Assembly (NCBI RefSeq): GCF_009914755.1
Contig: NC_060943.1
Direction: 5' to 3' (one strand)
Length of the DNA stretch: 64,000 bases
From: the human T2T-CHM13v2.0 reference genome, Homo sapiens
Below the pieces are notes generated by a model. That model saw only the letters and a program-made list of their open reading frames with translations, was not told where the DNA came from and searched no databases. How positions within the stretch are numbered: the stretch's first letter is position 1; each line of letters opens with the position of its first letter. Below are positions 39,066-51,219 of this stretch, one piece after another. The position numbers and the translations under genes are program-made.

Positions 39066-42044
39066 TCCCTATAATAGGGATTTGAGTATTTACGGTAAGA
39101 GCAAAGGGAAGGTACTGACAAATTTTAAAGAAGGGATGCTTGAATTACGGTTTAAAATGATCACTCTGCCTGCAGTGTGAGGAGTGGACTGGGTGAGAAG
39201 AAAATGGGGAGGGGGATAAGGAGCCAATGGAAATACTCTGCAGAAGAGATGAAACATATGACATCTAAGACCCTGGTGGTAGAGGTGATGATGGAGAGAA
39301 GTGAATCAATTCACATATATTTAGAAAGAAAAATCTTATATGTTGCCTCCTCCAGAAAGCCTTCCTTGATTTTTTTTTTCCAACTGGATCCCTGCTGCAT
39401 TGAACTCTCCATGTGTTAAATCTTCCAATGAACGTTGTGTGGACTTCTCTTTAGATACTGGTTCTGACTCAGGGCATTCAAACATGTTCCTCCCAGAAGA
39501 CTAGGAGCCCCCTGAGGACTGAGACCCCATTCTCGCTCATCTCTCTTTCCCTGAGTTACTGATCCCTGGCAGCCACTCAGCCATCTGTGGTCAGCTGAGC
39601 TGCCTGCCTTGCCTGGAGGAACGCAGGTCCCACAGCTGCCTCTGTCCGGCAGGCAGGCAAGTTGTACCTTCAGTTTTCATCCACCCGCCTGTCCATCTGT
39701 ACCTAACTCATAGGGAGCTGACATGGTGCTGTGTGGAAACAAACCGTGGAGCGAAGGGCAGTGAGGGGCACCCTAGCCCTCCATGCATGGCTGCAAATGG
39801 GGAGACTCACCCTGCCTCTGCCACCTTGAGAAAATTACTGTTCCCCTCTGAGCCTCAGTTTATCCCTCTGTAATGCAGGTGGAGGTCGGAGAGTGGTTAT
39901 TCCTCAGGATTGACCGTCTGGTTGAGGTGTGGCCTTCCTTCCACAACAGGCTCCCAATCACGTCCTTTCTTCCTTGGAATTGATTTCTACTGCAAGAAGC
40001 TGGAGAGAGTTACATGAGGAACCCACTGACAGATGACAAAAGCAAGCCTTTGCAGAGCACTTTTGTTTTTCTTTCTCTACAGATTCACATTGTGCGTGTT
40101 CAGTGAGAAACAGAACACAGGGCTGTTGGCTTTGGAGGGCTGTTTATTTTGAAAATGCAGGTAGATGGTGGGAAGGGTGATGGAGCCATTCGCAGACAAT
40201 AGCCATTGTTTGTGCCCAGACTTCGAAGTGGCTGCAGGGCTGTCCTTGGCCTCCCCTTGGGTCCCATGACACCTGGGGAGCCCGGCTGGACAGACCCTTT
40301 GCAGGTTGCCTGACTCTAAGACATACCAGAAGGACATAAATAATCAGCCACCGACTCTTTCGCTCGACTATAAAAAGCGTGCATATGCTCTGCGCAGGTT
40401 TTCCTAAGGTAAGGGACAGAGCTGGGCAAAACCGGGCTTCTGGAGCTGCCCATATGGGGAGGCGGTCTTTCACCGACGATTCTGCAGACAGAAATTGCCC
40501 ATCTGCACTGTTTGCAGGTGTTTTGAATGATTATATTATTAGCTCTGTCTGTTCAACTTTGCTTTTTTATGGTGGCTTTAGTATTGCAGTAAAAAAAAAA
40601 AAAAAGGGAAGACGAAGAAGAAAGAAAAAAGAAATATAAAGGCAGCCATCTGGTTCCCGATTTGTGATCGTGTTCTCTGTCAGTAAAGAGGGGAGAGGCA
40701 GCCACTGCTCTCTCGGGGGGTGGGGCAAGCACAGGGCAGCCCCCAGTTCTGCCCTTTTCCAGGAGAGTGGGATTTGGGGTAGGCAAGATTTTTCATTTTA
40801 CCAGAGGAAGCTGGTTTATTTTCTAATTTCTCCTCCCCCGCCTACACCTTGATGCTTTGCAGCTGCTGCGGAGCTCACCTGGGTACTGGAATCAATGATT
40901 GATGTGTCCCCCAGAGCTGCAGCCTGGCCTGGAGAACTGGCTGTGTGTGTGTCCGTGTGGCCCCGGAGAGTCAGGCTGGGGCTGTCCATCACACCCATGA
41001 CTCTGGGCCTTAATTTGATCTGTGCTGTGACCTGTGAAACTTCTCAGGGCATCCCGACTGCAGGTAGCAAGACAAAGATTTATTTGATTATCTGTGCATA
41101 GGTAATTCATCAGGGAAATGCTCTCTGTGTCAGATGGCGCAGAAGCGGGGTTATTTAGGGTTGTGCAGTGCATCCAGGGCTGGGAGGGTGCCAGGAGCCA
41201 CCAGCCCAGCAAGGTCATGACGCCTCCCCGCTGCAGGAGATACCAGGCAGATCCGGAGTCACACTTGAGCCAGAGGATGCTGTCTGCCTTTTCATTGGCT
41301 TGGGCAAAGAGAAGAGAATTGTGTAGGATTTCTTTCCCCCATAAAAGGGCAGAAACAATGCTCCGATGTAATCTGAGGAAGCCAACAGGGGGTGCTGACA
41401 CCCAACCTTCTCTTCTCTTCAGGTACCCTACCCTAGGGACAGACAAACCATGACAGTAAAAAGTATTCTATAGATAAGATATATTCTACCCTATATACAT
41501 ATACAAAACTACACAATATATATACATTGCTCTTGTGACCTGTCTCCTGCAACAGGCAATCATGGTGACACGTGGATTCATTTGTCAGTTCAGTGAAAGA
41601 AGCAGCATCAGCCATGGGCCTCTTAGAGATCCAGAAGCCAGAAGGAGGAGGCTGGAGGAAGGCTCCAGAGAAAAGAATCCCTAAAAATACACTCCCCTGA
41701 TTGTAGAACTGTTTCCATTTGGCATTTCTGATTGCAACGAGCAGAATCCCACCCAAGCATGCAGCAGGAAGGCAGGCTTCTTGGGTGTTCTATTAGGGTG
41801 GGAGCTGAATTTGGATCTTTGCATTCTCTCCCCACTGCATCTCACTTCAAGAAGTGAACCAGGCAGTTTGTATTTCTTTCTGTGGGGTACAGGTGCAGAG
41901 CTTACAGCAGAAGCTGGGAATGGGAAGAAACCCTTTTCCTTTACTTTATAAAAGCCGAAGCCACTGAAGATTGTGTCCACAGGGTTCCTGAAGGAATATG
42001 GATCTGTGGAAAGCAGCAAGGGAGAGAAAGATCGTCCTTTAACC

Positions 42045-42176
42045 TAGGAAGAGGACCGAAGCCAGAGCCTGGGGTGGTCAGCACTCTGCCCTAGGTCCTT
42101 GTCAGTGCCTGGAGTTGGTAGGACATTGGAGGTGATGGATCCATGGTGCACACGGCATGGATAAAACCAAGTCTTG
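42045..42176 (+). repeat. Dispersed direct repeat, copy 1 (132 bp)
   Basis: Ungapped match to 43554-43685, 22 mismatches (about 83%). Confidence 0.9.
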
Positions 42177-42734
42177 TGGTACCCAGCCATGGCAATTGGT
42201 TATGTGAGCAGCAGAATTTATAGACATCAAAAACTATATAAATGCAGGTAACCACTGTAGGGAGAAGAAAGGTGGGGTGGAGGGCCTTCCTGGGACATTT
42301 TGCTTTGCATAACACCTCACAGTCTTTGCCTGACCCTGAAGGAGTGGGTAAAGTAAGGAGCTCCTCATATACCAGAAATGGTGCCTTCTTATTGAATGAA
42401 GCGATTGTAAATCAAGGGTCGAATGTCTTTGATTGAGTAATAGTAAGAAATGAGATACTTTGGCACCATTGAGCTTGGAGCTGCAAATTCACATCTGTAG
42501 AGGCGTTTGTGGGGTGTCAAAGGAAAGTTTAAAGAAAGACAAGATCAGGAGCCACAATAGCCTAGAGTGAGAAAGGAGGTCAAGGAAGCCCCAAAGGCCT
42601 CAGCAGTACAAGTCTGGGTTTTGACTCTGTGATCCATGGAAGTTATAGGTGTGGTGCCAGGTTTAACATATACGAGTGCTATTATTATGTAGGCCAAACA
42701 AGCCAAATGCTGGTCATTTCAGACTGTTCAAATT

Positions 42735-43310
42735 GATAGCTGAGAGTGCACCTTTGGGATTCAGACTGCCTGAGTTTGAAGTTTATCACCTTTATTTATT
42801 AGCTGTAAAATACTTTGCCTCCCTTCCTTCCTGCCTTCCTGCCTGCCTTCCTTCCTTCCTTCCTTCCTTCCTTCCTTTCTTCCTTCCTTCCTTCCTGCCT
42901 TCCTTCCTTCCTTCCTTCCTTTCTTCCTTCCTTCCTTCCTGCCTTCCTTCCTTCCTTCCTTCCTTTCTTCCTTCCTTCCTTCCTGCCTTCCTTCCTTCCT
43001 TCCTTCCTTCCTTCCTTTCTTCCTTCCTTCCTTCCTGCCTTCCTTCCTTCCTTCCTTCCTTTCTTCCTTCCTTCCTTCCTTCCTTCCTTCCTTCCTTCCT
43101 TCCTTCCTTCCATTCTGGTTAGCCTCCCTCTCTTATCTCTTATTCCCTTTCTCCCTCCCTCCCTCCTTCCTTCCTTTTTTTTGCCTCAGTTTCGTCACCT
43201 GAAAAATCAATTTTATAATATTTGCACCTGCTGCAATACACCTGTTAGAGGATTAATACAGATGCACAAGACTACCTGCCATGCAATTGGTGTTCAATAA
43301 ACATTAGCCA
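42735..43310 (+). mobile_element. MIR split by the (CCTT)n array
   Basis: 5' part gggattcagactgcctgagtttgaa; 3' part gcctcagtttcgtcacctgaaaaat...tgttcaataaacattagc. Confidence 0.65.
42820..43111. repeat. (CCTT)n microsatellite with higher-order units
   Basis: Five units of CCTG(CCTT)nTCTT(CCTT)3 with n=8,6,6,8,6; the last unit runs into a pure CCTT tract. Confidence 0.95.
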
Positions 43311-43553
43311 GAGCTATTCTGATTGTTGTTACCCTCAGTATATCTGCTTCCTTCCTTTCTCTATACTGAGAGTTAGTATAGCTTAGAGTTAAGAGAACAA
43401 CATTTGTAGCCATACAGCCAGGATTCAAAACAAAATGTGTGAATTATTTAACATTATTAATCTCATCTTCATCATATCTGGTTGCTGTCTTTACTTCTTC
43501 CTTCTGAGTAAGGCTTGTCTTGGGCTTGCTGTGGTCCCAGCTCATCATTGGTA

Positions 43554-43685
43554 TAGAAAGAGGAAAGAAGCCAGGGCCTTGGGTGATCAGCACTCTGCCC
43601 TAGCTCCTCAGCAGTGCCTGGAGTTGGTAGGACATTGGACGGAGTGGAAGCATTGTGCACATGGCATGGATGCAGCCAGGTCTTG
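43554..43685 (+). repeat. Dispersed direct repeat, copy 2
   Basis: Matches 42045-42176 at offset 1509. Confidence 0.9.
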
Positions 43686-43942
43686 ACCCTCAGCCCCACC
43701 ATACCAGGCATCTTGTTTCTTCACTCCACAAGGATCCTCTTAGCAGGGCCCACACTCCACCAGGGACAAGAAAGGACTAGAAAATTTTCCTGTAGGTCAA
43801 CTCACCCAGAGCCTGAGCAGAGAAAGCAGCAGCTTCTCCCAAGCATGGACTCTTCCAGGAGAGATATCCTTGCGGGATGCTTCACCTGCTCCCAGTTGAC
43901 CAAGAGGCTAGAGAGCCTGTCTTTGGTGTGCAGGTTCCCTTA

Positions 43943-44331
43943 ATACACCATGGAATACTATGCAGCCATAAAAATTGATGAGTTCATGTCCTTTGTAGGA
44001 AGCTGGAAACCATCATTCTCAGCAAACTATCACAAGGACAGAAAACCAAACACCACATGTTCTCACTCATAGGTGGGAGCTGAACAATGAGAACACTTGG
44101 ACACAGGAAGGGGAACATCACACACCGGGGCCTGTTGTGGGGTGGGGGGAGGGGGGAGGGATAGCATTAGGAGATATACCTAATGTTAAATGACGAGTTA
44201 ATGGGTGCAGCACACCAACATGGCACATGTATATATATGTAACAAACCTGCACGTTGTGCACATGTACCCTAAAACTTAAAGTATAATAAAAATATATAT
44301 ATAGAAAGAATTTTTATATCAATAAAAAAAA
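43943..44331 (+). mobile_element. L1PA (PA4/5-like) 5'-truncated 3' end
   Basis: atacaccatggaatactatgcagccataaaaa...G-rich tract...atacctaatgttaaatgacgagttaatgggtgcagcacaccaac...aaacttaaagtataataaaaa. Confidence 0.95.
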
Positions 44332-45379
44332 CTTTTCTTTATTTTCAACTTCTCAATGACCACACGCTCCTATATTTCCCAAACTCCCCTGCCCTCTGCA
44401 AGCTATCTCCAGACCTTCCCAAAAGGTGGACCTGGAGGTTTGAACAGGTCCTCATTAGCACATGGCTTTGCTCCTTGGTGTGGGCAGGATTCTTGTTAAC
44501 TGCAGTCGGGACTGTGTGCAGCATGCTTAGGCCACCCCATCCATGGGTCACCCCTGGGCTGTCTGGTCAGTCATGAGTCTGCCCTCATCTCCTCTTCTCT
44601 TCTGTGGCCATCAGGGAACACACCTGGCTCAACCTCCCCTTCTTTATGTACTCCCCTTCTCTCTCCCCATAATCTCTGGGGGCCTGTCCATATTCCCTTG
44701 AAGTCACTAATTCCAATTAGAATCAACACTGAAAACTGCTTTATAATCTATTCCACTTCAGAATTCTCCCACTGAACAATCCTCTACACTCAGCAATTTT
44801 CATGTTTTTGACTTCTTATTCCTAGGGCAGAAAATCAGATTGATCCAAGTCATCTACTGAGATGCCCTCTCCTGGTTCTCGAATCCGCCTCCAGCTAAAG
44901 GGTGGAGTTCCGTGGAGCAAAAGAGGCTGCCTCACAGTGCCTAGCTAGCAGGGGAGCTGGGCAGGGAGATGTCTCCCACAAGTCTGCACAGGGCTATCTC
45001 TGGTCCTGGGGCCAGCGTGTGCCTCAGCATTTGTCTTTTACACATAAGTGGGGTGGGGGAAACCCACTTCTTTATAAAGGCTTGGAAAGAAGTAGAGCTC
45101 CACTGTGCAAACTCAGCCACATAAAAGCAAAACTAGTCCAGAATCCTCCCCTGCTTCAGTGTCCTGAAACTTCACACTCTCCTGAGTTTCTTGCACACCT
45201 TGAGGTCTTTGGGTTCTTTGAATGGTGGCCCAAGCTCAAATGACCTCAGTGAAGCATTCTATGATGCCAAGTCCAGGGCAGGTTTTATTTATTTATTTTT
45301 TATTATATGCTGTCTTACAGCCATGACACTTTCTTGAAGAGCCACTGTGTCTTTACATTTACACGTTCCTCACTCAATC

Positions 45380-45900
45380 TTTTTCTCACCCATCACATTT
45401 CTATTGAAGCCCTGTTAGTTGCTCTTCCAAAGATCAAGCCACTGCGTTCACGTGGTTTACAATCTAGAGGAGGGGATAGGGCAGAGGCCTGTGGAAGAGA
45501 GTGCTGTTTCATGCAGATTGGTCAGCGAGGCCTTTCTGACAAGTTGACCCCACAGCAGAAGTCTGAATGTAGTGAGGTTGTGAGCTACAAGGATACCTGG
45601 GGAATGAAACTTCTAGCCACAGGAAGGAGAATATGCAAAAGGTTTAAGACAGGGCTCTTTTGGCATATGTGAAAAACAGCAAAGAAGTTAGTATAGTGGA
45701 AGCTGATGCTGAGTGAGTGAGAAGTGACTAAGAGTCAGACAATCTAGGGCCACATAGGATTCTACTGTGAAAGACTTGGGGGCCATGAAAGAGTTCCCAC
45801 AGAGGAGGAGTAAGGTCTCACCTCAGTCTTCATGGGATTGTGTTACTTCAGTGCTGACAGCACCAGTTAGAAGGTCATTGTGGTAATCCACTTAGAAAAC
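45380..45900 (+). mobile_element. L2 3' region remnant
   Basis: gtggtttacaatctagaggagg...gcagaagtctgaatg...gcatatgtgaaaaacagcaaagaag...gccatgaaagag. Confidence 0.55.
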
Positions 45901-45909
45901 AATGGTACC

Positions 45910-46223
<314 letters not shown>

Positions 46224-46265
46224 AGAAAACAGTGGTATCTTGCAGTGGTAATGCTTGGGTTGGAT

Positions 46266-46535
<270 letters not shown>

Positions 46536-47034
46536 AGAATTGATCCTTTTATTGTTTTCAGCTACTGATTTGAAGAAATTTGTTACAGAAGCTAACATGA
46601 ATTTCCCTGACTAATAAAAGCAGTCTACAGAACAGACAGGGTTCCTGCCTTCAGGGAACTTACTGCCTAGATGGGAAGACAGATATTAATCAAAAGTAAT
46701 TTCTTGCTCAAAATCCAATGAGGATTAGACAGCTGTCTTAGGAGGTTTCTTCCAAGTGGTGACTCAGGGATTCAGGATCTTTCTACATTATGCCCTTAAC
46801 ATCTTGGATTCTTCCAGGTCCATCCAAGGGAAAGGGGGAAAGAGAGTAATTCAAGAAAAAGTATGAGCTAGAGAATATTGTAAGAGTGTTTTAGGGGCAA
46901 AATCTAGAAGAGGTGTGCATCACTTTTGGACATCACATTTCACTGGACAGAATCAGTCTCATGGACTCAACCTTTCTGCAAAGAAGCCTGGGATATGTAC
47001 TCATCCTAGAAGGCAAAATAGTTCAAGGGATGAA

Positions 47035-47535
47035 GCCAGGCAAAAGTGCAGCTTCAGCTGAAGTCTAGCCCCAGCCTGATCTGAAACTCCAGAGAGTGAA
47101 TAGCATCAGAATTGTCCTATTCTGAGGACAGGGTCTAGTCTTCTGTACTCCTCGTCAGTCAGTTATTGGCCTTTGAGCACCCTAGAAGAAGGGTATAACT
47201 TCCAATGTGTTTCAGAAAAGGCTTCCCGTCAGCTAAGGCAAGGGTTCTCAACCAATGCTTGGAGATATTTTTGCTTGTCAAAACTGGGTGTGGGGGCTAC
47301 TGGCATCTAGTGGGTAGAGGCTAGGGATGCCACTGACCATACTACAATTCACAGACTAGACCCCACATCAAAAAAAAAATCTGGACCCAAAATGTCAATG
47401 GTTCCAAGGCTGAGAAATCCTGAGCTAAGGGCAGTGGTCAGGAGAAGAGGACAGCTATGAGCTTCTGGGAGTCATGCTCTATGAATTTGGGAGATGGGTG
47501 CACAGGCCAGGGATCTGGGTCGGGTGCCCACAGTG
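47035..47535. mobile_element. ERVL LTR16-like LTR interrupted by MER20
   Basis: ttcagctgaagtctagccccagcctgatc...cagtcagttattggc...ggagatgggtgcac...gatctgggtcgggtgcccaca. Confidence 0.5.
47239..47422 (+). mobile_element. MER20 (hAT-Charlie MITE)
   Basis: caagggttctcaacc...gctactggcatctagtgggtagaggc...gctgagaaatcctg; perfect 8-bp TSD AGCTAAGG (47231-47238, 47423-47430). Confidence 0.92.
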
Positions 47536-48074
47536 CCTAACCTATGGCCACAGAAGAGGAAATAGGAGTGTGGGGCCTCTAGTCAATCTTGGACACACTG
47601 TTCGACTCCAGTTCTAGAACAGCACCTTGCACGTGGTCAGCACCCCTGACAGATTTGGGTGAATATGCATTTTTACAACTCCTGGGCTCCAGGCTGGCAC
47701 AAACCTTCAACCTAGATAACTGACATGATGGTTCCAAAGAAGGATGCCTGGGAAAACAACTCTGAATAGGGCAGCCTGATGGAAGTGGTTCTTCTGACAC
47801 CAGGATCTCAGGTTGTGCTATGCGATTTCTTCTCTTATCCTGGCAATTTTAGTGGCAAATGCTATGTGATTGGGGCTGCTTTAGACTTCAGAGAGGAGTA
47901 CTAGATTTAGCTGCTGAGACCTCAATTCTGCTACTGAATTATAATGACTGCATGAGCAGACCAAGTCTTCTCAATTTTAGGACGCTGGGTTCTTCCATTT
48001 CTACAAGAACACTGTGCACTTCCATTTTTCTTCAACTGCATTCTAAAGCATTCTGGGTTCTCTGTGATGTCAGT

Positions 48075-48255
48075 GCCAACAAGGTCACTTCTGGGGGAAA
48101 AGAGGCAGAGGTGAGGGGTGAACTATCCCAGCCCCTGTATAGGCACTAACCAGAGCAGCCCCACATTTAGCTGTTTTTTAAAATATACATTAGGGTTCCA
48201 CATGAGATTTTTGTTCCATATAAAAATTCTGCTGCAAAAACTTGAATACCTGTGC
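48075..48255. mobile_element. MER103C-like hAT fragment
   Basis: cagagcagccccacatttagctg...ttagggttccacatgagattt...ctgctgcaaaaacttgaa. Confidence 0.45.
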
Positions 48256-48675
48256 ATTGGATGACATGGAAGTTACCATGGGGAACAGAGACGTAGTGCC
48301 TGCCCTAGGGACTTACATGCATGTGTTCACCACAGGCCATAATTCAAGGCTGGAAGAGTGAGGGATCAATAAAAGAGTGCAAGGAAATTTGCTATTCCAA
48401 TTAACAGGATTATTTGCATATATCCATTTAATTTAACAGTATAAACTCCGCTGTGACAGTTTAGAAAATTGGGAGTTATCCAGTGTGGTGCCATGCAACT
48501 CTGCCATAAAATCATTTCTCTTCTGATGATCCTTTTGTTTCTTACTATTAGGAGCTGCAAGTGGTGAGGGAGATATAATCTATTGTTCTATAACTATCCA
48601 CTTGCCCTTGCAAGCCTTTCACTTATGACCAAATAAAGACAAGGCCTGATTTCTGTATATAAGCTTCTTAAACTT

Positions 48676-48992
48676 GGCCAGGCAGGGTGGTGGTTCAGGT
48701 CTGCAGTCCCAGCACTTTGGGAGGTTGAGTTAGGAGGATCAATTGAGGCTAGGAGTTTGAGGTTAGCCTGGGCAACATAGCAAAACCCCATCTCTCAAAA
48801 CAAAATAATAATAAATTAGCCAGGCTTGGTGGCATACACCTGTAGTCTTAGCTTCTCAGGAAGCTGAGGCAGAAGGATCACTTGGACCCAGGAGTTCGAG
48901 GCTGCAGTGAGCTATAATTGTGCTGCTGTACTGCCTGGGCAATAGAGCAAGAATCTGTCTCAAAAAAAAAAAAGAAAGAAAGAAAGAAAAAA
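48676..48992 (+). mobile_element. AluJ
   Basis: Sense dimer with ggaggatcaattgaggctaggagtttgag and ggagttcgaggctgcagtgagctat; A/GAAA tail. Confidence 0.9.
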
Positions 48993-49519
48993 AGTTCTTC
49001 ACACTCACTATAAGTTAAGCCTCAAAAATTCTATTGACTTGAAAATGGAAGCCCCATTCTCATGGGGGTCACTAAGATAGAAAGAGAAGGATATACCCAA
49101 AGAGCCGTTTTCTCACTGGATGCGAGACCAGAGCTAAAGCCCTCCTAGGCTGCCTACATTCTGACCCTCATTGCATTGTCTGGGCCTTTGGAAGTCATCT
49201 TTTTTGGGATTTCTGAGCAGGATCCTAAGAGGTGCTCATTTTAGCTGAAGCAGGATTTAAGAAGGCTGCCACTTAGAATGGAGATTAGGGTTGGGTTTGC
49301 CATCCCAGATCAAAACAACAGAAAAGAAGAAATAGATTAAAGAACTCCATGGTTTATGTTAAAATTGTTGAACTGAAGCCATGAGACAGACATTGTCTAG
49401 CAAGCAGACGCTGCGGGCCTGCCTTAAATTATACAACCTAATGTCCTAAAATAAGCCCAGATTCAGATTCCACCCTCCTTGGTCTGTCTCTCTCTTTTCT
49501 TCTCTCTCTACTCATTTCA

Positions 49520-49690
49520 CCTCATTTTATTCTTACAAGCATCTTAGGAGACAGGTTTATTTTTCCTCCCACTTTCAGAGTGAAGAAACCGAGACTTAGA
49601 GAGACTGAGTAACACGTTCAAGGTCACACAGCTAATAGGTTCAGAGACTCCATCAAGATTCTTTCCAAATAGAGATTCCAAGAGCCATTT
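49520..49690 (-). mobile_element. MIR
   Basis: cccactttcagagtgaagaaaccgagacttagagagactgagtaacacgttcaaggtcacacagctaa. Confidence 0.8.
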
Positions 49691-49828
49691 CTGTATTAAA
49701 TAATCAGTTCGCTCCTCGTTTGTGGAGCATGAAAACCCTTTAGACTTGCCGTCTTTTGTGCCTTTGCTCAAGAAGGCCATGCACTTGGATAGCTCCATTT
49801 CATCCCCATGAAACCCATCTTTCTAGAC

Positions 49829-50425
49829 CAGAGGTCCCCACCCCCAGGCCACGGACTGCTTACTGGTCCATGGCCTGTTAGGAACGGGCTGCACACAGGA
49901 GGTGAGCAGTGGGCAAGCAAGTGAAGCTTCATCTATATTTAGAGCCGCTCCCCATCACTAGCATCACCACCTGAGCCCCGCCTCCTATCACATCAGCTGC
50001 GGCATTAGATTCTCAAAGGAGCAGGAACCCTATTGTGGTTCCAAGATGGTGGAATTGAGCTATTTGGGTTGAACCATTTGAAGTTGCCAGTAATCTGCCA
50101 TTTTGTAACCTACCTATTGTGCGAGGGATCTAGGTTGCATACACTCCTTATGAGAATCTAATGCCTGATGATTGGTCACTGTCTCCCATCACCCCCAGAT
50201 GGGGCTGTCTGGTTGCAGGAAAACAAGCTCAGGGCTCCCACTCAGTCTACATGATGGCAAGTTGTGTAATTATTTCTTCATATATTACAATATAATAATA
50301 ATAGAAATAAAATGCACAATAAATGTAATGCACTTGAATCATCCCAAAACCATCCCCTCCCCCATCTGTTGAAAAACTGTCCTCCACGAAACCGATCCCT
50401 GGTGCCAGAAAGGCTGGGGATGCTG
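49829..50425 (+). mobile_element. MER1A (hAT-Charlie MITE) with an internal templated insertion
   Basis: cagaggtcccca...ggggatgctg termini and typical MER1A body; TSD ttctagac/ccctagac. Confidence 0.92.
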
Positions 50426-50655
50426 CCCTAGACCATTTCCCAGGGCCCTTCCTCAGACAGGAAATGACTCCATTGTTACAACCTCATTTTGAACCGTTGT
50501 GACGTCAGCTGTATCCACCTACTGTGAGAACCTCTGTTTATTGCCTCACGACACACTGGTCTCTAAGTTTCCTGGAGGCCAGTGTTGTGTTTTTGTATTT
50601 AACACAGGGCCCCATGTGCATTCTGTAGGTCTGGGTAACGATGGTGGAATTGAGC

Positions 50656-50742
50656 TATTTGGGTTGAACCTTTTGAAGTTGCCAATAATCTGCCCTTTTG
50701 TAACCTATAAAAACTGTAATTTCATCTGATTCAAAATAAATA
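50656..50742. mobile_element. MADE2-like mariner MITE
   Basis: About 85-bp imperfect palindrome ttgggttgaacc..tgaagttgcc...aaaaactgtaatttcatctgattcaa. Confidence 0.65.
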
Positions 50743-50934
50743 AATCACATTTTTCTGCATTGGGGTTTATGACATTAGGAAATGATTCTGAACTTTATAC
50801 AGTGATATGTGCTCATTTGAATATGTTCAAGATACTCTAATTATAACATCCTGTTTTAGGGATGCTATGATTTAGGGAATCATAGGTTTTGCTCTTAGGG
50901 TTTTCTGTTTGTTTTAGTTATTTTTAAAAAATTA

Positions 50935-51217
50935 GGAAAAGAGTCTTGCTCTGTCACCCAGGCAGGAGTGCAGTGGCACCATGATAGCTCACTGTAGCCT
51001 CGACTTCCTGGGCTCAAGCAATCCTCCTGCCTTAGCCTCCTGGGTAGCTGGGACTACAGTCATGCTCCACCAAACCCAGCTAATTTTTAAAATTTTTTAT
51101 AGAGATGGGGGTCTCGCTATGTTTCCCAGGCTGGTCTTCAATCTCGGGCTTAAGCAACCTTCCCACCTCGAACTCCCAAAGTGCTGGGATTACAGGCATG
51201 AACCACCATGCTCAGCC
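50935..51217 (-). mobile_element. AluJo-like
   Basis: atagctcactgtagcctcgacttcctgggctcaagcaatcctcc...ccatgctcagcc. Confidence 0.9.
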
Positions 51218-51219
51218 TA

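Noticed and set aside
41405-41428. Recursive splice site (polypyrimidine CAG|GT)
   Set aside because: The reconstituted donor GTACCC is a poor match to GTAAG.
40892-41446. 184-aa minus-strand ORF
   Set aside because: No recognisable domain, composition typical of random sequence, and no supporting gene structure.
42676-43300. LPSF/EGRK repeat ORFs
   Set aside because: Translations of the (CCTT)n microsatellite.
44128-44160. G-quadruplex motif as a novel element
   Set aside because: It is the standard G-rich tract of the L1PA 3' UTR.
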